From Lytechinus pictus (lineage: Eukaryota): a DNA stretch of 64,000 nt. A model generated the notes under the pieces. It saw only the letters and a program-made list of their open reading frames with translations. It ran no database searches and had not been told where the DNA came from. Position numbers and translations under genes: made by a program. The stretch's first letter is position 1. Every line of letters starts with the position of its first letter. Below, piece by piece: positions 13,360-26,497 of the stretch. Location of the stretch: contig NC_087245.1 in NCBI RefSeq assembly GCF_037042905.1, forward strand, positions 2,480,001 to 2,544,000, written 5' to 3'.

Positions 13360-15118
13360 GTCTCACCTGCATAGCAGAGTGAGACTAAAGGCGCCGCTTT
13401 TCCGACGGCGGCGGCGTCAACACCAAATCTTAACCGAAGGTTAAGTTTTTGAAATTACAGCATAACTTTGAAAGTTTATGGATCTGATTCATGAAACTTG
13501 GACATAATAGTAATCAAGTATTACTGAACATCCTGTGCAAGTTTGAGGTCAAATGATCAAGGTCAAAGGTCATTTAGGGTCAATGAACTTTGGCCAAATT
13601 GGGGGTATTTGTTGAATAACCATCATAACTTTGAAAGTATATTGGTCTAGTTCATAAAACTTGGACATAAGAGTAATCAAGTATCACTGAACATCCTGTG
13701 CGCATTTCAGGTCACATGACCAAGGTCAAAGGTCAATGAACTTTGGCCATAATGGGGGTATCTGTTGAATTACCATCATAACTTTGAAAGTTTATGGATC
13801 TGACTCATGAAACTTGGACATAAGAGTAATCAAGTATCACTGAACATCATGTGCGAGTTTCAGGTCACATGACCAAGGTCAAAGGTCATGTAGGGTCAAT
13901 GAACTTTGGCCATGTTTTTGTTGTTGTTGAATTACCATCATATCTCTGTAAGTTATTGGTCTAGATCATAAAACGTGGACATAAGAGTAACCAAGTATCA
14001 CTGAACATCTTGTGCAAGTTTCAGGTCACATGACCAAGGTCAAAGGTCAATGGATATTGGCTATGTTGGGGGTATTTGTTGAATTACCATCATAACTCTG
14101 TAAGTATATTGGTCTAGTTCATAAAACTTGGACATAGAGTAATCAAGTATCACTGAACATCCTGTGCGAGTTTCAGGTCACATGACCAAGGTCAAAGGTC
14201 ATGTAGGGTCAATGAACTTTGGCCATGTTTTTTTTGTTGTTGAATTACCATCATATCTCTGTAAGTTATTGGTCTAGATCATAAAACGTGGACATAAGAG
14301 TAACCAAGTATCACTGAACATCTTGTGCAAGTTTCAGGTCACATGACCAAGGTCAAAGGTCAATGGATATTGGCTATGTTGGGGGTATTTGTTGAATTAC
14401 CATCATAACTCTGTAAGTATATTGGTCTAGTTCATAAAACTTGGACATAGAGTAATCAAGTATCACTGAACATCCTGTGCGAGTTTCAGGTCACATGATC
14501 AAGGTCAAAGGTCATGTAGGGTCAATGAACTTTGGCCATGTTTTTTGTTGTTGTTGAATTACCATCATATCTCTGTAAGTTTATTGGTCTAGATCATAAA
14601 ACGTGGACATAAGAGTAATCAAGTATCACTGAACATCTTGTGCAAGTTTCAGGTCACATGACCAAGGTCAAAGGTCAATGGATATTGGCCATGTTGGGGG
14701 TATTTGTTGAATTACCATCATGACTCTGTAAGTATATTGGTCTAGTTCATAAAACTTGGACATAAGAGTTGTCAAGTATCACTGAACATCTCATGCGAGT
14801 TTCAGGTCACATGACCAAAGTCAAAGGTCATTTAAGGTCATTGAACTTAGGCCATTTTAGAGGTACATGTAATTATTAGATTGCTGTCATAACTTTCAAA
14901 GTTTATAGATATAGTGTATAAAATGTGGATATAGGGGTAATCAAGTATCACTGACAAGTTTTAGGTCACATTATCAAGGTCAAATGTCAATGAACGTAGT
15001 ATAGTATCATAAGAATGGTGTTTTTTGTGAATAATTATAAAAGGTTGTTTTTCAAAGTCAGCACTGCTGAGCTTGAATCACGTGATGCAGGTGAGACTGC
15101 CAGAGGCATTCCACTTGT
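13360..15118 (+). mobile_element. Helentron-associated (DINE-1/HINE-like) element with a 10-unit central tandem array
   Basis: Perfect 13-bp inverted termini gtctcacctgcat (13360-13372) / atgcaggtgagac (15085-15097), 5' hairpin closed by gtgagac (13379-13385), 3' mini-hairpin tgccagaggca, T-rich target with no TSD; units of 152-163 bp. Confidence 0.9.
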
Positions 15119-15139
15119 TTGTTTTTTTGTTTTTTGTTT

Positions 15140-15620
15140 TTGCTTTTTCTTCTTCTTGGGGTATACTGCCCAACACCTCACAGTGGGAGCCAACCGAGCA
15201 GGAAGTGCGTAGATGTTGATGGCGCAGAGAGAGAAGATGCTTTTTAGGCTTTACTTTGCTTTGTGTAGATTTTAAGTATGTTTCGTTTTAATGTTTTGGT
15301 TCTCTTGATTTCAATTGTTAGGGGTGTGAGGGAGTTCCAGTCTGGGATGGTTCTTGGGATGAATGAATACTTGTACCAGTTTTTGTTGGTGGCGATGGGT
15401 ATGAAGCTTAATATGGAAGAAGATTTCTGAAGGGGCCTATGGACCAGGCTCAGGACTTTTCATACTGGAATGGCTAGGCGACCGCAAGTGCCTCGCGCAA
15501 GGTTGTTACACGACTAACTTTCCGGCGCAGGTGCAGCGGTTCTCAGTCAAGCCTCTGTTTCATGGCCGAGACACTGTTATACCAAGAATAGTCTGCAGTT
15601 ACAAACCGACCTGCTCCATT
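15140..15620 (-). mobile_element. 5'-truncated CR1/L2-group LINE 3' end (ORF2 C-terminus)
   Basis: Minus-strand translation gives GAGRFVTADYSWYNSVSAMKQRL and WYKYSFIPRTIPDWNSL, typical C-terminal motifs of CR1-group ORF2 (ARFV..DY, SFFPRTI.DWN.L); (AAG)n/A-rich tail. Confidence 0.85.
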
Positions 15621-15809
15621 TGTATACCTTCAATTTGATTCAATAGTGATTGCATATGTTGTAAAAGAATTTCAGAAAATGATATTTAAATTTTCCCTTG
15701 GTGTCCCCTTTCACCATATACTTTATACATGTATAGCATTGACTCATGCATTTGACCTCAAGTTTTTTACAAATGCCTCTAAATGTGTATAACTTTGGCA
15801 AAAGCGTTC

Positions 15810-15952
15810 TAGTTTTGTGGTTCTGATTATCACCTTTCAATCAGAGGGTCGTGGGTTCGATTCTCAAACATGACTTTAATTTTCTCCAGCAAGGACTTTT
15901 TCCTCACTGTGCTGCACTCAACCCAGGTTTGGTAAAGGGTTACTTGCAGGAT
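15810..15952 (+). mobile_element. Degraded tRNA-derived SINE (5' part)
   Basis: agagggtcgtgggttcgattc B-box region and gctgcactcaacccagg core similar to the 6407 copy. Confidence 0.7.
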
Positions 15953-16458
15953 TGATCTTGGAAATGCCTCTATGGTGTAATAGGATGTGGGGCTTAATGT
16001 GGGGAGATAGTATCCAAGGCCTTTGGAGAAAAAAAAGACATAAATGAATAATGGTAATACTTTATTCATTAACTATGCTGATAATAATCAAATATATATA
16101 TTATTTATTATGTTCACAAACTCTGTACGCACAGCACCCACATGTGCCACAATTCCTCTGTATTCATTCGAGCTGTCGAATACCAGATATATGTTTTTCT
16201 TAAGTACACTCCCCAAAATTGCATTTAAATCTTGCATTTTAATTGAACTCTAATTTCCCTTTCTATTGTAGATTTGCAGGGTTCAGATGTTAGATAGTAG
16301 TATTTTTCTAGCTCATGACCTGTAAAGCAGTTTTAGATGCCTTTTCTGTTTGTTTTGTTGTTTGTTTTTTTGCTAATTTCGTAGCAAAGTTGTGGGTCGT
16401 TTAGTTTTATACTGTGAATACCGGTACAAGTGTAAACCCTACAGAACCTTCCTCTTAC

Positions 16459-17299
16459 CACGGACCTATTACGAATGGACATTCAACGAGAGCATTTTAT
16501 GACCACCACCTGTTTCCAGCTGTCAAAATCGCTGTCTAACCCTTAACTTTCTCTTTACACGGTTTTTACGACGACCGCCCGGGGCGATTGTTTACACAAG
16601 CTCCTTTCGGCCATTGATCGTCACCGATCGATCACTGGCCCTCTTTCGACCAAAGACGGTCATGTTTTAGCCCCGATCGCCAATAGGGAAAGTCCCTACA
16701 TTACCTAGAATGCAATGCGCAATTCATATCAGGTTTTTCAGTACATTATTTTAGGCTGTCTATAATGTGCGATTGTTGTCTGACCATAAAAAAAAATCCC
16801 GTTAAATTTCATCAATCCTGTGGAATTTTATGCCCAAATGAAAATCAACTTCTGACCGAAGGTAAGCGCTACTATTGACATCAATACTGTCCGAAAAGAT
16901 GAATTTTTAATGTTTTTCCGCACATTTCTCCGTCAAATTTCAACTGCGTTTTTGCCGTAGATATACGGATCTGCAAGGTGATGTCAATGCATTTCATGTG
17001 TGGTTGTTTGCGATGTACGTAAAAAATACGTTTATGCACGCCTGTTTTCTTGTTTCTGCTATCATTTTCATAGCGCTAACGTTCGCTGCTGTGCGTTGCT
17101 TTTGATAAACTGAACGAACAACATCGCAATGGGTAGGAGCAGCGTACAATTGATTTCCGCTGTCCATCAGTGAGAGCGTGTTTTACGACCGGCTTGATGG
17201 GCGTCAGCTGCCAGCGCTCTGTTTATGAAAGGATTAGCGGTGACGGTCTTCGACCCAAAGGAGGGGATTTGTTGAATGTCCATTCGTAATAGGGCCGTG
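16459..17299. mobile_element. Non-autonomous P-element-like transposon (841 bp)
   Basis: 29-bp TIRs cacggacctattacgaatggacattcaac / gttgaatgtccattcgtaatagggccgtg (1 mismatch), CA...TG ends, 7-bp TSD CTCTTAC (16452-16458; 17300-17306). Confidence 0.9.
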
Positions 17300-18399
17300 C
17301 TCTTACCTAGGAGATCGAGATCACACAAAAATGCAGACCAAGATTAGGGGAAAGGTATTCTACACGTTAGTATTTATTCTCCATAAGTAATACAGATTTT
17401 CTATGTACTTTGCCCTTTTAAAAGAAAAATCACACCTTTTCTCATTTTTTGGACAACCTTAATGCATCGCATGTCTCACTTTCAACCAAGAATAAATGAT
17501 GAAACTTGTATTTGATGTTGTATGAAACCTATGTGTTACACAGTGCACAGTGCATGCCACTATAAGTCATGATATTAGGGCTATTTCCTTGTTATTAAAT
17601 GTAATATGTCTTTATTGCATATATGACATATTATTCCCTTCTTGTTGTAGAGCTGGGTTTATTTGATCCTGGTTTCATATCGTCTTTCTCAGAAAATTAA
17701 TTTTCAGGAATCCCATTGTGTGTATGGGGATATCACATTCAGATTTAAAGTCACTTTGTTTTAGAAGTTGATGTGAAAAGTTGATATAATTATTATTCTT
17801 TGCAGATACTTGCAAAAAATTGTACAAGCTCAAATTCTGTACCTCTAGCAGATAAAAACAAACAATTGGAGGTACTGTTAAAGAAAACATCTGTAAAGAG
17901 ACTAACCCAAGTTGGGAGAGCAGGAAGTCACCGAACACATGCCACCCACATATCACTAACAGCTGCATGGGAAAGAAATAAAAAGAAAGAGAGCTTGAAC
18001 AAGCAAAGAAACTGAGACCTTGCCTTACCATACGGTATTTATGATATCCACTTTTGAACCCTAACTTGTATGACTTCTACACCCCCCCCCCCCTCCAACA
18101 AAAAGTCAGAATTATATTAAGGGTCATCTAAGGTCACAAACATGGAGCACACACTGAGACAATCTCATAACACACACACTCATGGTGTGCAGTTCAGTCT
18201 TAGCACAAACAATAGTAGTGTTTGCGATGTTTGACACGTTCCCATATATCATACACAAGCTGAGGTCCCTATTGCTTGGAAAAACATGGTTCTCTCTTTC
18301 TGGCTGAGTCTCCTAGTTTCGTTGGAAGTGACCTCGGGGACGTATTGATCCGTTTCACAGGAAGCCAATCCGCCATTTGTCTGAATAACACAAATGTTG

Positions 18400-20320
18400 G
18401 GATGGCACTGCTGGAATTTCCCCTGTGGTACTCTCAAAGATATCTGATCTAAGAATATTATGGACAGTATAATAAACCCTAATTCTAGATCTAATATTGC
18501 AATATTTACTAATCATAATTTATAGATTAACAAACTGTAATAAGTTGTAGATGTGTGTGAAAGTGTATCATGGAAGAATGATCTCCTGTTTGAAAAAAAA
18601 AACTGTGACTTGAGATGAGCTTGTTTGCTTCACTGGAAGTGTACCAAGGACTTCTTTTTATCACTCAAAGCAAACCAAACTTTGATCCTTTGTTAGCACC
18701 CCACCCCCTTCTGAATTTCTTATTCTTTCGCAAGCTTTGAGCCCTCCCCCACTCTCTTTTATACACACGTAGAAACACAAGCTGACACACCGGACAAAGA
18801 GTATTGATTTGTGTGTGTAAAAATACACATATACATCATCACGCATGGAAAAGCGGTGAACTGAATTAGGCATACACAGTCTGATCTCGTATCTTTCTCT
18901 TTCGCTCTCTCTCCCACTCCAGCACGTTTTACAGAGGAACTAGACTACCAGGAACTCTACACAAATGCAAAGCATGCCTTGACTGCCTCGCTCTCGCTTC
19001 ATTTCCAGGAAAACTACTCAACAGTCAGAGTCTAGAGGCAGACTTCACTGTTGACTCTCTCCTGAATACTGGGAAATTCTCCAGCACAGCTGCAGTCCTG
19101 TGAGTTTAAATTGATAAATACTTTACTTTCAGACACTCTGTTGATGATTTATAATGATGATTTGATATGGGAAAAGGATTGATATGATATTTAGAACTTT
19201 TAGAAAGGGCTTGTTTTCTTTTATTTCTTTGCAGCGCAGTGTGTGTGCATGTTTTGTGTGAAGAGTTTGGCCCTAATCTGTCTTTTGACTGTGTGTATAA
19301 AGTGGGCCGGTATACTGGCTGTTTCATGGACGGGGGTTTAATGGGGAGTTAGTCATACTAAAGTATTCATAAAGCAGTAGTTGAAAAGAGTTGTACTTCC
19401 TAGAATGACGGAACTCATGGGGAAGATAGAGAGTCTGTTAATCTTGTTCATTTCCCTATTGATTAATGAATGGATTGGAAATCTTGCATAATATGGTGGC
19501 ATTTCTAATATTCTGAAATATGCGTGCTAATTTAAAAGGGACTATTAAATAGGATTATACGTATGCAACTTGCAAACATGAGAGAAAGGTAAGTTATATA
19601 CTTTTATTTGATATTCTATTTTGACTTGATAAATGATTGCCAAATAGTTTGTTTTCAAAGAAAAGAAAGTCACATTTAATAATAAGCATAAAATATGTTT
19701 CATTCGTACGTTTATCAAATTTTTAATTTTCCATTTAAACAGTGGAAAAAGAATACTCCTGGCAGAAATGAGCTACGGTTTTATCATGGAAGTATAAACC
19801 AGAACCCTTTTCTTATCAAGAATTATAAAGTTGCTGAAATTCCCAACAAGTTTTATTAAGTTAGACTTTTTTAATCGAGTAGGACTATGAAATAGTTTTT
19901 CACTGTCAGGATAATTCAGAAAATTTGGTTATTAAAATAGATAATTAATGCCAATGGAGAGGGTGGGGAGCAGATATGGGCAAAATTTTTGGAGGAATAT
20001 GCTATTTAAGTTCAAACAGTCAAAATCTGGCAAAACTTCTATGGTAATTCTGCTCTCAGTGCTATTGAGATTTAGCTATTTAAGTATAACATTTTTTTGT
20101 GTGTGCTTCATTGTTTTTTTTATTTGGATGTATACTTTTCACACTTACACCTTAGATAGCCTGTATATAGTGATGGGGGGGGGGGGGTTTAAAGGTAACT
20201 GCCATTTGTGATACCTTTCTCTTAAGAAAATTTTGCTTGATCATTTCTTAGTCTTTCATTTTCACAATCCTAATTAAAACCAACTCATATAATTTTCAGG
20301 ATGGAATTCCCCATAAACAG
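18400..20320 (+). promoter_or_regulatory. Candidate promoter/first-exon region with kB and STAT-type sites
   Basis: GGAATTTCCC 18413, GGGAAATTCTCC 19071, GGAATTCCCC 20303, TTCCAGGAA 19003, TTCCTAGAA 19397; strong donors CT|gtgagt (19100) and AAG|gtaagt (19589); no recognisable TEs. Confidence 0.3.
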
Positions 20321-22250
20321 AGGTTGTGTCCGTGAATGGAAAGGGAACAAAAGGTTGAAGGGAGAGAGAGAGATAGACAGAGACACCCTTGTATCAAGAA
20401 TTGCTTTCACTTTCTAACCCACATGATGATCATTTACTAAGAACTTTCTACTTACTATATACATGTATGTGTTGTCATTGTGAGAACCTCAATTCTAAGA
20501 ACAATTATACTCGCTAACCACATGATAGTGATTTATAAGACATGGAAAGTAGAAGTCATATCAAATTGCAGTAAATTTGTGAGTGTGATATTGCATTTGA
20601 AGAAAAGAGCATCTGTCTCAGACAACATTTTTCCTAACCATACTGTTGATATCATTGCTTATAATTAATCAAATATGACCTTATATTTTACTAGTATACA
20701 TGTAGATATGAGTTACCCCTGTTACTGAAATCTATGGCCTGTAAATAAAGTAGAGCTTCAGTTTGCAGGGGGGGGGGGTAGTACATATGGGACATGAAAA
20801 CAATCTGGCAAAAACACCAAATGTTAACTTATCTAGGGATGATAATGACAATTGTATTTATGATGTTTTCTTTGATTCTACATTACGATATTGCACTTGG
20901 TACTGATAATTATTATATTTGTTAACCAAGAACTATGGATCTATTGTAATCTGGTGTTAAGGTGTGGGAAAATGCTAATTACCAAGATTTTTAGAATTTA
21001 TTTTGATGAATGTGTGAAATTGCAACATTGGCGTAGAAATACAGGTAAATGCTAAATGATACCCCCCACAAAGTTTGCTTGTATATCCTGACCGACTCAT
21101 GAAAACCCTGACACCTTTTTAATCAAATTTCATTTTTAATCACCCCAAATTAATAATAATAATGATTATAACAAATAGATAAATGAATGATAAAAATGCA
21201 AATGAAAAAAAAAATCTGTGGAACAAAGGTTTTTGTAAAAATATCAATTTTGATAGCAAGTGGTGATTTTGCTCCAAGATCAGTTGATGTTAATAATCTT
21301 GCTATGTACAAAAATGCAACCATCGTAATCGTAATATTCAGTTGCAAAATACAAAAGTAAGAAATGACTGGTTTATAATTCAGTGAATTTTGAAGCAATA
21401 TATAGATGCCATGAAAGAAACTGACATTCTTGACATTTTGTCCCAAGAAAATTAAAATTCAAGACAGCTAGGACGTACATGTAGTTGGAATGGGCTAAAA
21501 ATAGAGATGTAGAAGCAATTAATAGAGGTAAAGCAACATAATACAAAAAGAATTTAAACATTTTCAGTTTGCAAGGGTTGCAATAACCAACATCACTTAA
21601 ATGTTACTGGAATGGAAATATTGCCTCCATGTTTGAATGTGGTAATGAATAGGCACGCATCATTTACAAATGTCAAGGTCGTTGCTTGTCTTTCCTGATA
21701 GAAAAATAATGCACGTATAGATAAATTATACATATTCACCCCCAACTGCTTTCTTTCCAGATAAATCGGATGAAATGAATTATAAAAAAATTGCTTCTAA
21801 GTGAGAAGATTGGGCCTATGTGGAGAATGGATATGACCGCCCTCTGCAGAATAGTGGCATCTCTTTTTATTCACGGACAGGTTTCATGTGCGTCATGTGA
21901 ATTTACATAATTCATTGTCTACGTGAATACTGTCTTGCTCCAGTGAGTGGCTGGGGGACCACGAGCAAATGGCATGCTCTGTTTCTCATTAAACAGGAGA
22001 GCAAATTCTCATTATTGAGGAAACTAAATCTATATCTGCTATCTCTCCCTCTTACCCTCTCCTCATTTTCCTTTTTTCACGACAATATAATTTTATATTC
22101 TACATAAGTCCTCTTCAGTATACTATAATTGCTTGTTTTCATAAGCATCCTTAAAAGAGAGACAGAGAGAAAAACAAATGGGAAAGTTATGATACAAACA
22201 TGAAGAGAAAGAAAGAGAGAGGAGAAGGATCCAACATGGAGCTGGGATGA

Positions 22251-22271
22251 AAGAGAGAGAGAGAGAGAGAG
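22251..22271. repeat. (GA)n microsatellite in a purine-rich tract; (CT)n also at ~7938-7959
   Basis: Direct dinucleotide runs. Confidence 0.9.
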
Positions 22272-24280
22272 GAAAAGACTGAAGAGGAGACAAGGGAGAG
22301 AGATTGACGTCAGACTCTCTGAAGTCAAATCTTTTGTGGATGTGTGAGGAAAATATTAAAAGCACATGCTTGTCCAGCATCTAGACTTATGCTTCTTTCT
22401 CTGATGACTGTACCAGCTGTATTATTATTCAGAGCATGTATGAATAATCAGGAATAATGTGTATGGTACATGTACATATGAAATGAAATTTATACTTTGT
22501 TAGCTCTGGGTATAGCCAGGCAGGTAAACAACTGTATTCTCTGTCATCTTAACCATTGATACGATGATGAATCTCAACATTACGGTAATGCATTGCTTAT
22601 ATATTGATAATTAGTTCTGAATTGTGTATGATACAAGGGCATACACAACAACCAAGGATGTTAATTTGCTCTTCCTATGCATGCGGTGGATGCCATGTAA
22701 GTCCCATTTTGTCTCATGGGGGAATATCATAATTGAGCTGTGTTTATTCATGTATTCCTTTCAAAATGGAGACAGAGGTTGACATTAACGCAGATAGATC
22801 AGTCTGAGCTAAACACGACGCAGAAAAATTGTTTTCCAGGAAAAAGAAGCCGCTTGCCATTCCCAATGACGACAATGGTGGCATTTGCGTCTTTGTTGCG
22901 CCGTGCCTAAGAGACGGTGCGGGATATGAATCAGAGGCATCTGATTAGCGCTGAATATCAGTTTACCTCCTATTCTAGCTACTGATCAAAGGAATACTCA
23001 AAATGTGTTCTTCATTTTTAGAGGCATACAGCAGTCATTGAACAGGGTATACTTTCCTTCCCACTATTATTAACCACCCCTCCCACTCTGATTGTCCAAC
23101 CCTAATTTTATAACAAGACCTTCTTTCTGGATGCTAGGTTTCCAGTTTTTGGTTTAGGGGATGCACTCTTGTTTCATCTTTTTTACCCTTCTCTACACCC
23201 CATTCAGGGTAAAGCCCCCCCCCCCCCCCTTGACCCTTTTCATGCTTTGTTTGCTTCCACCTATCCTCTACTATTATGACTTGACAATTATGATGACTAC
23301 TACTCCAAAATATTTTCATGAGAAATTAATGATAATCATTATTTGTTTCTTGCACTATTTATGAATGCAACTGGAACTTTGAGAATAGTCACATGATCAA
23401 GAAAACTCTGGATGATTTCCTGTATTTCATTGGCTTATATTTCCTCCCTTCCCTCATCAGTCACATGAATACTTCATTTGGATCTCAAGAAAGCATTTGA
23501 AATGTCAAATTGACAAAATTTGAAGAAGCATTTCTTGAAACAGAGAATTGGTGTGTACTTTACACCTACTTTAGTTTAAAATCTAAAAGAAATCAAGTTA
23601 GTCGGTAAAAGTCAGATAAGAATGTAGGCTGAAAAAATCTCACATAGGCCCTAATGGTTTTTTTTTTCAATCTTTTGAAATTAAGTAATAAAACTGTCTT
23701 AGAGATTCATAAACCACTTTCGTTATCATCTATATGTACTTTTAAAGCTAAAGTCCTTTTAAGTTCATTATGATACAGATTTATATGATAACTCTTGTTT
23801 AGCGCCTGTACATCGTCAATGGGTTGTTAATACCTTGTATCTCAAACTTACAAAAAATCAGGAAAGCTCAGTCAAAAACCTATGTATTTTATGGCCAGTG
23901 TAATAGCTAGACCCATATTAGTGGTGGTCGCTATTTCATGGAATTACAAAATTTTTCATGCTGAGAGAGAGGTATTAAAGCCAAATGAAAAGAAACATCA
24001 ATGTAATAAAAATCTTACATGAGCAAATCTTTGAATATAAACAAATATTTTTCAAATATAAGAAAATTTAATGTAAAGTATGCAAATAAAACAAGATTAA
24101 AGATGGAAATGAATGCAAGAGCAATTCCCCTTTTCAAAGAGTTAAGTTTTGAAACACTTCATTTGAAATTGATCCTGTCATCCACCCCAGCTATAACTGT
24201 TTATGGCAATGGTGATAATGTGGTATGGTCTGAAAACAGTCTCCTTTGTTGTAGAGAACCCTTTCTAGGTAAAAGAAGGG

Positions 24281-24460
24281 ATGACACAACATTTGCTCCT
24301 TCGACAATTGCTCTGGGCTTATTTCGTCCAAGATGTAGGGTTAAGGTTGCAATAGGGTCTTTAATAGGACAGGGTAGTGTTAAACCCAGGGTTGAAATTG
24401 GTTATTTGATTACTGTGTGGAATTTAGAGCAGAAGAATTGTCGCCAGAGCAAATGTCATA
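24281..24460. mobile_element. Short MITE with TAGGGT-like internal repeats
   Basis: Imperfect TIRs acatttgctccttcgacaatt / aattgtcgccagagcaaatgt; internal tagggtta/tagggtc/cagggt motifs. Confidence 0.65.
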
Positions 24461-25717
24461 GAACCAAAAGAAACTGCCACTCATGTTTTCTAAAGATAGA
24501 TTTTTCTTAAGATGTCCTCAAAATTATTCTTTTTAGGTTTAATTGAAATGTAGAGTCCTCATTGGATATGTTTCATTAGCTTGACATTTCAAAGAATGAA
24601 TCCTAACTCTGCTGGATGTACAATGTAGGGGTGGCAAGTTTCTTGCTGAAGGATCGTCATAACACATTGCTCAATCTCAAACCATCCAAATGTGTATTGT
24701 ATCTTTTATCTTTATTAGAGTCATAATTGATTCAATAATGTTTGAATAGCAGATATCTATTAAGTAATGATGTTTTCTAGTTGAATGTCAAATGCAATTG
24801 AAAATGCTAAGTCACATTGTATTACATTTGTACTATATGTTTGCTTGTGAACTTGGTAGCTTTAAGAGGTTAAAGAGCATGATATTAGTACTCTACCTTT
24901 GTACTTTGGTACCCCCCTTTAGTATACCTTGAATTGAACAACAATTACGCTTTCCTGCACCCCACTGAACTGATTTAAAGCCATGGCTTGTTCCTCTGAG
25001 GAAGGAAGGAAGAGGCTCAAAGTTCACAAATCAATGTCTTTGTTTGTTAATGCAGATAATAGTGTAAAAAGTAAAAATTTATTTTACAAAAGAATATTTG
25101 ATGGTTGATACTACAGCTACCCTTTTTGAGCATTGCTTTTTATACACAGCTGAATTCCAAATATTTATACTTCAATACATGTACATGATTGTACACATAA
25201 TACGACCTTCTTCTTGCTACTTTATAGGTAACCAGAGAAGGCTGCAACTTGTCAGTCTTGTAGAATCGTACATGTATAATTGCAGGCTAAGAATTCTAGC
25301 ATTGGTCATCATGGATCTCAACACCCGCATATACTAAATTGTATCTTCTCTTGCGCTGTAGCTTTTGGTCTTTTAGCTACCTTGGCTACTTTTCCCTGAG
25401 CTGTTGGTCTCTTGGACTACATGTATCTTCCCCTGACCCGTTGGTCTCTTGGACTACCTTCCACTGACCTGTTGGTCATTTAAAGTACCTTCCAATGGGT
25501 AGTAAGTCTCTTGGACTACCTTCCAATGAGTACATGTAGTTACTAGTCTCTTGGATTCCCTCCCCTCAGCCATTTGTCTCTTGAACTATCTTTCCCTGAG
25601 CTGTTGGTCTCTTTGACTAACTTCCATGTGTTGGTATCTTGGACTACCTTCCAATGAGCTTTTACTCTCTTGGACTACCTTCCAATGATTCCCTTCCCCT
25701 GAGCTGTTGGTCTCTCA

Positions 25718-26125
25718 TACCCCTTTCATAAACCCAATAAAACCCAATTATGCGGCTAATAGGAGCATAATTTGGTCGTAAAATCAGAGGAGGACAAGAG
25801 TTATCCGCATTTTTCTGATGCTGCTATTATCTATTATATAATATAATAGCGGCATCGGGACAAGATTTTTAGTTTATGAACGTATTTCCAAATAATGCGG
25901 ATAATTGCCATGGTGCAGTCACAAGGTCACCCTTTTCCAACACAACCGCATCGGAGGGGGCGTGTCCAGTTGTCATGACGATTATCCGCCTTTTTCAGGA
26001 CGGGCGCTCGTAAAAATAATGTGGATAATTTTCGGAGTTTGTGAACGCAATTTTTATTGAATTATCCGCATTACTCTTACGCGGCTAATTGGAGGATAGG
26101 TTTTATTGGGTTTATGAAAGGGGTA
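25718..26125. mobile_element. PIF/Harbinger-like MITE (408 bp)
   Basis: Perfect 27-bp TIRs tacccctttcataaacccaataaaacc / ggttttattgggtttatgaaaggggta; 3-bp TSD TCA. Confidence 0.93.
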
Positions 26126-26497
26126 TCATACTAACTTCTCATTAGCTGTTAGTATATTGGACTCCCTCCCCTGAGTTGTTGGTCTATTGGATTCCCTTCC
26201 CTGACCTGTTGGTCTCTTGGACTACAATCCAATGAGTAGTTAGTCTCTTGGACACCTTCCCCCCTGAGCTGTTAGTCTCTTGGACTCCCTTCCCCGGAGC
26301 CATTGGTCTCTTGAACTATTTTTCTCTGAGCTGTTGGTCCCTTTGACTAACTTCCCTGTGCTGCTGCTCTTTTAGACTACCGTCCAGCGAGTTCTTAGTC
26401 TCTTGGACTACCTTTCAATGAGTTGTTAGTCTCTTGACTACCTTCCAATGAGTAGTTAGTCTCTTATATTCCCTTTCCCTGAGCTGTTGGTCTCTTA

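Noticed and set aside
13440-15000. Regular repeat array as a CRISPR locus
   Set aside because: Contiguous 152-163-bp tandem units with no unique spacers, no cas genes, eukaryotic context.
24019-24510. 163-aa ORF
   Set aside because: Runs from AT-rich DNA through a MITE; no domain or convincing splice signals.
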